From Octopus sinensis (taxonomy: Eukaryota): DNA of 15,614 nt. A model generated the notes under the pieces. The model was given only the letters and a program-made list of their open reading frames with translations. It was not told the DNA's origin and did not search any database. Numbering within the stretch: the first letter of the stretch is position 1; each line of letters opens with the position of its first letter. Position numbers and translations under genes: made by a program. Of this stretch, positions 1-11,270 are shown in pieces. The stretch covers positions 1 through 15,614 of the forward strand of contig NW_021825448.1 of NCBI RefSeq assembly GCF_006345805.1, given 5' to 3'.

Positions 1-3000
1 GCCACCTTAGCTGGCTTCTGTGCCGGTGGCACATAGGAAGCACCATCCGCACGTGGCCGATGCCAGCGCCACCTTAGCTGGCTTCTGTGCCGGGGCACAT
101 AGAAAGCACCATCCGAACGTGGCCGATGCCAGCGCCGCCTTAGCTGGCTTCTGTGCCGGTGGCACATAGAAAGCACCATCCGAACGTGGCCGATGCCAGC
201 GCCGCCTTAGCTGGCTTCCGTGCCGGTGGCACATAGAAAGCACCATCCGAACGTGGCCGATGCCAGCGCCGCCTTAGCTGGCTTCTGTGCCGGTGGCACA
301 TAGAAAGCACCATCCGAACGTGGCCGATGCCAGCGCCGCCTTAGCTGGCTTCTGTGCCAGTGGCACATAGAAAGCACCATCCGAACGTGGCCGATGCCAA
401 CGCCGCCTTAGCTGGCTTCTGTGCCAGTGGCACATAGAAAGCACCGTCCGAACGTGGCCGATGCCAGCGCCGCCTTAGCTGGCTTCTGTGCCGGTGGCAC
501 ATAGAAAGCACCATCCGAACGTGGCCGATGCCAGCGTCCGCCTTAGCTGGCTTCTGTGCCGGTGGCACATAGAAAGCACCATCCGAACGTGGCCGATGCC
601 AGCGCCGCCTTAGCTGGCTTCAGTGCCGGTGGCACATAGAAAGCACCATCCGAACGTGGCCGATGCCAGCGCCGCCTTAGCTGGCTTCTGTGCCGGTGGC
701 ACATAGAAAGCACCATCCGAACGTGGCCGATGCAGCGCCGCCCTAGCTGGTGCTTCTTTGTTCGCGGTGGCACATAGAAAGTGGCCGATGGCCGAGCCGC
801 CGCCTTAGCTGGCTTCTGTGCCGGTGGCACATAGAAAGCACCATCCGAACGTGGCCGATGCCAGCGCCGCCTTAGCTGGCTTCTGTGCCGGTGGCACATA
901 TAGAAAGCACCATCTGAACGTGGCCGATGCCAGCCCCGCCTTAGCTGGCTTCTGTGCCGGTGGCACATAGAAAGCACCATCCGAACGTGGCCGATGCCAG
1001 CGCCGCCTCGACTGGCTTCTGTGCCGGTGGCACATAGAAAGCACCATCCGAACGTGGCCGATGCCAGCGCCGCCTCGACTGGCTTCTGTGCCGGTGGCAC
1101 ATAGAAAGCACCATCCGAACGTGGGCGATGCCAGCGCCGCCTTAGCTGGCTTCTGTGCCGGTGGCACATAGAAAGCACCATCCGAACGTGGCCGATGCCA
1201 GCGCCGCCTTAGCTGGCTTCCGTGCCGTGGCGCACATAGAAAGCACCATCCGAACGTGGCCGATGCCAGCGCCGCCTTAGCTGGCTTCTGTGCCGGTGGC
1301 ACATAGAAAGCACCATCCGAACGTGCCGATGCCAGCTCCGCCTTAGCTGGCTTCCGTGCCGGTGGCACATAGAAAGCACCATCCGAACGTGGGCGATGCC
1401 AGCGCCGCCTTAGCTGGCTTCTGTGCTGGTGGCACATAGAAAGCACCATCCGAACGTGGCCGATGCCAGCGCCGCCTTAGCTGGCTTCTGTGCCGGTGGC
1501 ACATAGAAAGCACCATCCGAACGTGGCCGATGCCAGCGCCGCCTCGACTGGCTTCTGTGCCGGTGGCACATAGAAAGCACCATCCGAACGTGGCCGATGC
1601 CAGCGCCGCCTCGACTGGCTTCTGTGCCGGTGGCACATAGAAAGCACCATCCGAACGTTGGCGATACCAGCGCCGCCTTAGCTGGCTTCTGTGCCGGTGG
1701 CACATAGAAAGCACCATCCGAACGTGGCCGATGCCAGCGCCGCCTTAGCTGGCTTCTGTGCCGGTGGCACATAGAAAGCACCATCCGAACGTGGGCGATG
1801 CCAGCGCCGCCTTAGCTGGCTTCTGTGCCGGTGGCACATAGAAAGCATCATCCAAACGTGGCCGATGCCAGCGCCGCCTCGACTGGCTTCTGTGCCGGTG
1901 GCACATAGAAAGCACCATCCGAACGTGGCCGATGCCAGCACCCACCGCCCTCGACTGGCTTCTGTGCCGGTGGCACATAGAAACACCATCCGAACGTGGC
2001 CGATGCCAGCGCCGCCTCGACTGGCTTCTGTGCCGGTGGCACATAGAAAGCACCATCCGAACGTGGGCGATGCCAGCGCCGCCTTAGCTGGCTTCTGTGC
2101 CGGTGGCACATAGAAAGCATCATCCGAACGTGGCCGATGCCAGCGCCGCCTCGACTGGCTTCTGTGCCGGTGGCACATAGAAAGCACCATCCGAACGTGG
2201 CCGATGCCAGCGCCGCCTCGACTGGCTTCTGTGCCGGTGGCACATAGAAAGCATCATCCGAACGTGGCCGATGCCAGCGCCGCCTCGACTGGCTTCTGTG
2301 CCGGTGGCACATAGAAAGCACCATCCGAACGTGGCCGATGCCAGCGCCGCCTCGACTGGCTTCTGTGCCGGTGGCACATAGAAAGCACCATCCGAACGTG
2401 GCCGATGCCAGCGCCGCCTTAGCTGGCTTCTGTGCCGGTGGCACATAGAAAGCACCATCCGAACGTGGCCGATGCCAGCGCCGCCTTAGCTGGCTTCTGT
2501 GCCGGTGGCACATAGAAAGCACCATCCGAACGTGGCCGATGCCAGCGCCGCCTTAGCTGGCTTCCGTGCCGGTGGCACATAGAAAGCACCATCTAAACGT
2601 GGCCGATGACAGCGCCGCCTTAGCTGCTGGCTTCTGTGCCGGTGGCACATAGAAAGCACCATCCGAACGTGGCCGATGCCAGCGCCGCCTTAGCTGGCTT
2701 CTGTGCCGGTGGCACATAGAAAGCACCATCCGAACGTGGCCGATACCAGCCCCGCCTCGACTGGCTTCTGTGCCGTGGCACATAGAAAGCACCATCCGAA
2801 CGTGGCCGATGCCAGCGCCGCCTTAGCTGGCTTCTGTGCCGGTGGCACATAGAAAGCACCATCCGAACGTGGCCGATGCCAGCGCCGCCTTAGCTGGCTT
2901 CTGTGCCGGTGGCACATAGAAAGCACCATCCGAACGTGGCCGATGCCAGCGCCGCCTTAGCTGGCTTCATTGCGGTGGCACATAAAAAGCACCATCCGAA

Positions 3001-6000
3001 CGTGGCCGATGCCAGCGCCGCCTTAGCTGGCTTCTGTGCCGGTGGCACATAAAAAGCACCATCTGAACGTGGCCGATGCCAGCACCGCCTTAGCTGGCTT
3101 CTGTGCCGGTGGCACATAGAAAGCACCATCCGAACGTGGCCGATGCCAGCAGCCGCCTTAGCTGGCTTCTGTGCCGGTGGCACATAGAAAGCACCATCCG
3201 AACGTGGCCGATGCAGCGCCGCCTCGACTGGCTTCTGTGCCGGTGGCACATAGAAAGCACCATCCGACGTGGTGCCGAGCGCGCGCCTTAGCTGGCTTCT
3301 GTGCCGGTGGCACATAGAAAGCACCATCCGAACGTGGCCGATGCCAGCGCCGCCTTAGCTGGCTTCTGTGCCGGTGGCACATAGAAAGCACCATCCGAAC
3401 GTGGCGATGCCAGCGCCGCCTTAGCTGGCTTCTGTGCCGGTGGCACATAGAAAGCATCATCCGAACGTGGCCGATGCCAGCGCCAGCGCCGCCTCGACTG
3501 GCTTCTGTGCCGTGGCACATAGAAAGCACCATCCGAACGTGGCCGATGCCAGCGCCGCCTCGACTGGCTTCTGTGCCGGTGGCACATAGAAAGCATCATC
3601 CGAACGTGGCCGATGCAAGCGCCGCCTCGACTGGCTTCTGTGCCGGTGGCACATAGAAAGCACCATCCGAACGTGGCCGATGCCAGCGCCGCCTCGACTG
3701 GCTTCTGTGCCGGTGGCACATAGAAAGCACCATCCGAACGTGGCCGATGCCAGCGCCGCCTTAGCTGGCTTCTGTGCCGGTGGCACATAGAAAGCACCAT
3801 CCGAACGTGGCCGATGCCAGCGCCGCCTTAGCTGGCTTCTGTGCCGGTGGCACATAGAAAGCACCATCCGAACGTGGCCGATGCCAGCGCCGCCTTAGCT
3901 GGCTTCCGTGCCGGTGGCACATAGAAAGCACCATCTAAACGTGGCCGATGACAGCGCCGCCTTAGCTGGCTTCTGTGCCGGTGGCACATAGAAAGCACCA
4001 TCCGAACGTGGCCGATGCCAGCGCCGCCTTAGCTGGCTTCTGTGCCGGTGGCACATAGAAAGCACCATCCGAACGTGGCCGATACCAGCGCCGCCTCGAC
4101 TGGCTTCTGTGCCGGTGGCACATAGAAAGCACCATCCGAACGTGGCCGATGCCAGCGCCGCCTTAGCTGGCTTCTGTGCCGGTGGCACATAGAAAGCACC
4201 ATCCGAACGTGGCCGATGCCAGCGCCGCCTTAGCTGGCTTCTGTGCCGGTGGCACATAGAAAGCACCATCCGAACGTGGCCGATGCCAGCGCCGCTTAGC
4301 TGGCTTCATTGCCGGTGGCACATAAAAAGCACCATCCGAACGTGGCCGATGCCAGCGCCGCCTTAGCTGGCTTCTGTGCCGGTGGCACATAAAAAGCACC
4401 ATCCGAACGTGGCCGATGCCAGCGCCGCCTTAGCTGGCTTCTGTGCCGGTGGCACATAGAAAGCACCATCGAACGTGGCCGATGCCAGCCCGCCGCCTTA
4501 GCTGGCTTCTGTGCCGGTGGCACATAGAAAGCACCATCCGAACGTGCCGATGCCAGCGCCGCCTCGACTGGCTTCTGTGCCGGTGGCACATAGAAAGCAC
4601 CATCTGAACGTGGCGATGCCAGCGCCGCCTTAGCTGGCTTCGGTGTGCCGGTGGCACATAGAAAGCACCATCCGAACGTGGCCGATGCCAGCGCCGCCTT
4701 AGCTGGCTTCTGTGCCGGTGGCACATAGAAAGCACCATCCGAACGTGGCCGATGCCAGCGCCGCCTTAGCTGGCTTCCGTGCCGGTGGCACATAGAAAGC
4801 ACATCCGAACGTGGCCGATGCAGCGCCGCCTTAGCTGGCTTCTGTGCCGGGGCACATAGAAAGCAACCATCCCGAACGTGGCGCCGCAGATGGCAGCTTC
4901 TGCCGGTGGCTGTGCTTATCCCGTGCTGGCTTCTGTGCCGGTGGCACCATAGAAAGCACCATCCGAACGTGGCCGATGCCAGCGCCGCCTCGACTGGCTT
5001 CTGTGCCGGTAGCACAAAGAAAGCACCATCCGAACGTGGCCGATGCCAGCGCCGATCCGTGGGCGCTTAGCTGGCTTCTGTGCCGGTGGCACATAGAAAG
5101 CACCATCCGAACGTGGCCGATGCCAGCGCCGCCTTAGCTGGCTTCTGTGCCGGTGGCACATAGAAAGCACCATCCGAACGTGGCCGATGCCAGCGCCGCT
5201 TAGCTGGCTTCTGTGCCGGTGGCACATAGAAAGCACCATCCGAACGTGGCCGATGCCAGGCCGCCTTAGCTGGCTTCTGTGCCGGTGGCACATAGAAAGC
5301 ACCATCCGAACGTGGCCGATGCCAGCGCCGCCGCCTCAGCTGGCTTCTGTGCCGGTGGCACATGAAAGCACCTCATAACGTGGCCGATGGCCAGCGCCGC
5401 CGCTTGCTGGCTTCTGTGCCGGTGGCACATAGAAAGCACCATCCGAACGTGGCCGATGCCAGCGCCGCCTTAGCTGGCTTCTGTGCCGGTGGCACATAGA
5501 AAGCACCATCAGATCGTGCCGATGCCAGCGCCGCCTTAGCTGGCTTGCTGTGCCACCATCGGTGGCACCATAGCTGAAAGCACCATCCGAACGTGGCCGA
5601 TGCCAGCGCCGCGCTTAGCTGGCTTCTGTCGGTGGCATAGTGGCACATCCGAAGCAGCCATCCCAGCGGGCGTGGCCGACATCGTGCGGGGGCCTTATGA
5701 AGCCAGCCGCCTTGCGTGGCATCTAGTCTGCACTGGGCCATTAGCACCAGTGGCCATGGCCCAGACGTGGCCGATGCGGCGAGCCTTAGCGGCTTCTGTG
5801 CCGTGGCACATAAAAAGCACCATCCGAACGTGGCCGATGCCAGCGCCGCCTTAGCTTCCTTCCGGCGCGGCAGAAACGGCGGCCGATGCGAACGCGGCAT
5901 TAGCACTGTGTGGCCGTCGGGCACATAGAAAGCGCCTCGCTTATGCCGGCTTCTGTCAGCCTTGCAACGTGGGAAGTGGCCAGCTCCGAATGCAAGCCAT

Positions 6001-9000
6001 CGGAAGCGCCGATTACCGCTGTTCTGTGCTTCGTGCGCACGGTGCACATGACGTGGCCAGGCCGTCCAGCGCCGCCTTAGCTGGCTTCTGTGCCGGTGGC
6101 ACATAAAAGCACCATCCGAACGTGGCCGATGCCAGCGTCGCCTAGCTGGCTTCTGTGCCGGTGGCACATAGAAAGCACCATCCGAACGTGGCCGATGCCA
6201 GCGCCGCCTTAGCTGGCTTCTGTGCCGGTGGCACATAGAAAGCACACCGAACGTGGCCGATGCCAGCGCCGCCTTAGCTGTTCTTCCGCGCCGTGCACCA
6301 TCCGAACGTCGCTCCCACCATCCGAGACTGGCGTCTTGCCAGCGCATAGAAAGCACCATCTGAACCGGTGGCCATCTTCCGGTGCCACCATCCGAACGTC
6401 CTGGCACGAGCCAGCGTCTCGTTGCCTTAGCTTCTTTCTGTGCCGGTGGCACATAAGAAGCACCATCCGAGGACGTGGCCCAGCTTCCATGCCTGCGCCG
6501 ATGCAGCGTCAGCTGGCTTCTGTGTGCCGGTGCACATAGAAAGCACAGTAGCATCTGGAACGTGGAGGCCGATGGCCACTGCGCGCGCCTTAGCACTGCC
6601 GCTTCAGCTGGCTTCTGTGCCGGTGGCACATAGAAAGCACCATCCGAACGTGGCCGATGCCAGCGCCGCCTTAGCTGGCTTCTGTGCCGGTGGCACATAG
6701 AAAGCACCATCCAAACGTGGCCGATGCCAGCGCCGCCTTAGCTGGCTTCTGTGCCGGTGGCACATAGAAAGCACCATCCGAACGTGGCCGATGCCAGCGC
6801 CGCCTTAGCTGGCTTCTGTGCCGGGGCACATAAAAAGCACCATCCGAACGTGGTCGATGCCAGCGCCACCTCGACTGGCTTCTGTGCCGGTGGGACATAG
6901 AATGCACCATCCGAACGTGGCCGATGCCAGCACCGCCTTAGCTGGCTTCTGTGCTGGTGGCACATAGTAAGCACCATCCGAACGTCGCCGATGCCAGCGC
7001 CGCCTTAGCTGGCTTCTGTGCCGGTGGCACATAGAAAGCACCATCCGAACGTGGCCGATGCCAGCGCCGCCTTAGCTGGCTTCTGTGCCGGTGGCACATA
7101 AAAAGCACCATCCGAACGTGGCTGATGCCAGCGCCGCCTTAGCTGGCTTCTGTGCCGGTGGCACATAAAAAGCACCATCTGAACGTGGCCGCTGACAGCG
7201 CCGCCTTAGCTGGCTTCTGTGCCGGTGGCACATAGAAAGCACCATCCGAACGTGGCAGATGCCAGCGCCGCCTTAGCTGGCTTCCGTGCCGGTGGCACAT
7301 AGAAAGCACCATCCGAACGTGGCCGATGCCAGCGCCGCCTTAGCTGGCTTCTGTGCCGGTGGCACATAGAAAGCACCATCCGAACGTGGCCGATGCCAGC
7401 GCCGCCTTAGCTGGCTTCTGTGCCGGTGGCACATAAAAAGCACCATCTGAACGTGGCCGATGCCAGCGCCGCCTTAGCTGGCTTCTGTGCCGGTGGCACA
7501 TAAAAAGCACCATCCGAACGTGGCCGATGCCAGCGCCGCCTTAGCTGGCTTCTGTGCCGGTGGCACATAAAAAGCACCATCCGAACGTGGCCGATGCCAG
7601 CGCGCCCTCCGACTGGCTTCTGTGCCGGTGGCACATAGAAAGCACCATCCGAACGTGGCCGATGCCAGCGCCGCCTTAGCTGGCTTCTGTGCCGGTGGCA
7701 CATAGAAAGCACCATCCGAACGTGGCCGATGCCAGCGCCGCCTTGGCTGGCTTCCGTGTCAGTGGCACATAAATAGCACCATCCGAACGTGGCCGATGCC
7801 AGCGCCGCCTTAGCTGGCTTCTGTGCCGGTGGCACATAAAAAGCACCATCTGAACGTGGCCGATGCCAGCACCGCCTTAGCTGGCTTCTGTGCCGGTGGC
7901 ACATAAAAAGCACCATCCGAACGTGGCCGATGCCAGCGCCGCCTCGACTGGCTTCTGTGCCGGTGGCACATAAAAAGCACCATCCGAACGTGGCCGATGC
8001 CAGCCCCGCCTCGACTGGCTTCTGTGCCGGGGCACATAGAAAGCACCATCCGAACGTGGCCGATGCCAGCGCCGCCTTAGCTGGCTTCTGTGCCGGTGGC
8101 ACATAAAAAGCACCATCCGAACGTGGCCTATGCCAGCGCCGCCTTAGCTGGCTTCTGTGCCGGTGGCACATAAAAAGCACCATCCGAACGTGGCCGATGG
8201 CAGCGCCGCCTTAGCTGGCTTCTGTGCCGGTGGCACATAAAAAGCACCATCCGAACGTGGCCGATGCCAGCGCCGCCTTAGCTGGCTTCTCTGTGCCGGT
8301 GGCACATAAAAGCACCATCCGAACGTGGCCGATGCCAGCTCCGCCTTAGCTGGCTTCTGTGCCGGTGGCACATAAAAAAGCCATCCGAACGTGGCCGATG
8401 CCAGCGCCGCCTCGACTGGCTTCCGTGCCGGTGGCACATAAAAAGCACCATCCGAACGTGGCCGATGCCAGCGCCGCCTCGACTGGCTTCTGTGCCCGTG
8501 GCACATAGAAAGCACCATCTGAACGTGACCGATGCCAGCGCCGCCTCGACTGGCTTCTGTGCCGGTGGCACATAAAAAGCACCATCTGAACGTGACCGAT
8601 GCCAGCGCCGCCTCGACTGGCTTCTGTGCCGGTGGCACATAAAAAGCACCATCTGAACCTGACCGATGCCAGCGCCGCCTCGACTGGCTTCCGTGCCGGT
8701 GGCACATAAAAAGCACCATCCGAACGTGGCCGATGCCAGCGCCGCCTCGACTGGCTTCTGTGCCGGTGGCACATAGAAAGCACCATCCGAACGTGGCCGA
8801 TGACAGCGCCGCCTTAGCTGGCTTCCGTGCTGGTGGCACATAAAAAGCACCATCCGAACGTGGCCGATGCCAGCGCTGCCTCGACTGGCTTCTGTGCCGG
8901 TGGCACATAGAAAGAACCATCCGAACGTGGCCGATGCCAGCGCCGCCTTAGCTGGCTTCTGTGCCGGTGGCACATACAAAGCACCATCCGAACGTGGCCG

Positions 9001-9680
9001 ATGCCAGCGCCGCCTTAGCTGGCTTCTGTGCCGGTGGCACATAAAAAGCACCATCCGAACGTGGCCGATGCCAGCGCCGCCTCGCTGGCTTCTGTGCCGG
9101 TGGCACAGCACATAGAAAGCACCATCCGAACGTGGCCGATGCCAGCGCCGCCTTAGCTGGCTTCTGTGCCGGTGGCACATAGAAAGCACCATCCGAACGT
9201 GGCCGATGCCAGCGCCGCCTTAGTTGGCTTCTGTGCCGGTGGCACATAAAAAGCACCATCCGAACGTGGCCGATGCCAGCGCCGCCTCGACTGGCTTCTG
9301 TGCCGGTGGCACATAGAAAGCACCATCCGAACGTGGCCGATGCCAGCGCCGCCTTAGCTGGCTACCGTGCCGGTGGCACATAGAAAGCATCATCCGAACG
9401 TGGCCGATGCCAGCGCCGCCTTAGCTGGCTTCTGTGCCGGTGGCACATAGAAAGCACCATCCGAACGTGGCCGATGCCAGCGCCGCCTCAGCTGGCTTCT
9501 GTGCCGGTGGCACATAAAAAGCACCATCCGAACGTGGCCGATGCCAGCGCCGCCTCGACTGGCTTCTGTGCCGGTGGCACATAAAAAGCACCATCTGAAC
9601 GTGACCGATGCCAGCGCCGCCTTAGCTGGCTTCCGTGCCGGTGGCACGTTAAAAACACCAACCGAACGTGGCCGATGCCA
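1..9680. repeat. 67-bp tandem repeat (minisatellite/satellite), ~144 copies, open at the left edge of the window
   Basis: Seen in sequence: consensus GCCGCCTTAGCTGGCTTCTGTGCCGGTGGCACATAGAAAGCACCATCCGAACGTGGCCGATGCCAGC (67 nt, 42/67 G+C, 6 CpG per unit counting the junction) repeated head-to-tail with no spacers. Common variants are TTAG/TCGA, AGAAAG/AAAAAG, TCCGA/TCTGA and TTCTG/TTCCG. Copy number is estimated as 9680/67. Confidence 0.99.
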
Positions 9681-9890
9681 GACCCCCCCCCCGGCACCTG
9701 TGCAAGTGGCACGTAAAAAGCACCCACTACACTCGCGGAGTGGTTGGCGTTAGGAAGGGCATCCAGCCGTAGAAACACTGCCAGATCAGACTGGAGCCTG
9801 GTGCAGCCCCTGGCTTCCCAGACCCCGGTCGAACCGTCCAACCCGTGCTAGCGCGGAAAACGGGCGTTAAACGATGATGATGATGATGAT
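9640..9890 (+). mobile_element. 3' body and tail of a non-autonomous retroposon (SINE-like, possibly RTE-related) whose internal repeat is the 67-bp unit
   Basis: Seen: the last units diverge (GTGGCACGTTAAAAACACC, then GTGGCACGTAAAAAGCACC at ~9706-9724) and continue into unique sequence (CACTACACTCGCGGAGTGGTTGGCGTTAGGAAGGGCATCCAGCCGTAGAAAC...). This is followed by a stem-loop (CCGTGC-TA-GCGCGG, or CCCGT...ACGGG, ~9842-9864) and (GAT)6 at 9873-9890. A 3' stem-loop plus short-repeat tail is typical of LINE-mobilised elements. The match to an abundant octopus repeat is from memory only. Confidence 0.75.
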
Positions 9891-9950
9891 ATATATATAT
9901 ATATATAATATATATATATGTATGTATGTATGTATATATATACATATACA
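9889..9950. repeat. (AT)n/(ATGT)n microsatellite abutting the retroposon tail
   Basis: Direct reading of the sequence. Confidence 0.95.
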
Positions 9951-10219
9951 CTGCTAAACACGCAGTTTTCGGCCACTGACATAATGTTATAGGTATGTTG
10001 TAAGAGTGGTCTGTTTGGCTTACTACTCTGGCTTCAACTGCATCTGAAAAATGTGGTATTGAGTCTGTCCATCTAAGATGGTTAGATGTAGTTCCTCTCT
10101 GGACAGATGGACAGAGATTAAAATACAAAATGATAAAGCAAGTGTTTAACAGTCAACCCCACAAATTTAACCTTAAAAATGGTCTAAACACTTTGACTTT
10201 CACAGGAGTCTATACAGGG

Positions 10220-10525
<306 letters not shown>

Positions 10526-10726
10526 AATGAAGCTGAAAAAACACACGCACACATATGAAACTAATAAAATGATGAAGATGGAGAGCCCCTCCAATGTGGA
10601 AGGGTCAGTTAAGTAACATTTACATATTTCCCGAATATAAAAAGATGACTTTTGCCTTTCTACATCGTAAGAAGCTGTCAGTCTCCAATGACAAGGCTTC
10701 TAGCAAACCACAAGGTTCTTCAGTAC

Positions 10727-11270
10727 ATGTGTGTGTTGTGTGTGTGTGTGACTATCTATGTATATGTAAGTATGCACACACACACACACACCAATTCTGC
10801 ATATATGTTTTGTGTGTATATATATATATATATATATAAATAGTTTCTCAGTGTATTTGCTTTGTATGTCGTAATTAGTAATACTGTTAATTATAGCAGT
10901 TGCTTAATCACTAGACTGGAGGCAGACACAATACACACACACACATACTAAATATATTATATATATATATATGTGTATGTATTATATTTATATATATATG
11001 TAAATACGCATCTATCTATGCACACAGAAATAATTGTATGTACATTTACATATGTGTGTGTGTGTGTGTGTGTGTGTTTGCAAGTATTTATCTCTTTTTC
11101 CCTGTAGTGGGAACCTAGCACACACACATCCATATACACGAGTATATATATATATAGACATGATATAGAGACACACATGTAGGACATGTCTAGGCTTTAT
11201 CATTTGTCTACGTGATCAAATACATAACAGCTTGTGTGCAAATTTCACACTACACACACACCCACACACA
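10727..11270. repeat. Cluster of short (TG)n/(CA)n/(AT)n microsatellites
   Basis: Tracts at about 10727-10750, 10775-10791, 10815-10838, 10933-11000, 11053-11077, 11119-11155 and 11252-11271. Confidence 0.9.

Noticed and set aside
1-9680. CRISPR array or other repeat-spacer system
   Set aside because: Units are contiguous with no unique spacers, the divergent patches are made of scrambled unit sequence, there are no cas-like ORFs, and the context is eukaryotic.
1-9680. Hammerhead (retrozyme-like) or HDV-like ribozyme in the unit
   Set aside because: CCGATG and GAAA are present but there is no CUGANGA core with the required three stems. CCAGCGCCGCCTCGACTGGC only superficially resembles HDV, and I could not build the nested double pseudoknot. 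An Infernal or RNArobo search would settle it.
7-9841. Dozens of ORFs on both strands of the array, including the 445-aa ORF at 5373-6710
   Set aside because: All are the same three-frame translation of the 67-bp unit. Their lengths depend on where TCGA variants and indels fall, and I recognise no domain in them.
10206-10218. Possible microexon CACAG|GAGTCTATACAGG|GTATAT
   Set aside because: The donor is weak and formed by the start of the (AT)n tract, and the segment is too short to assess.
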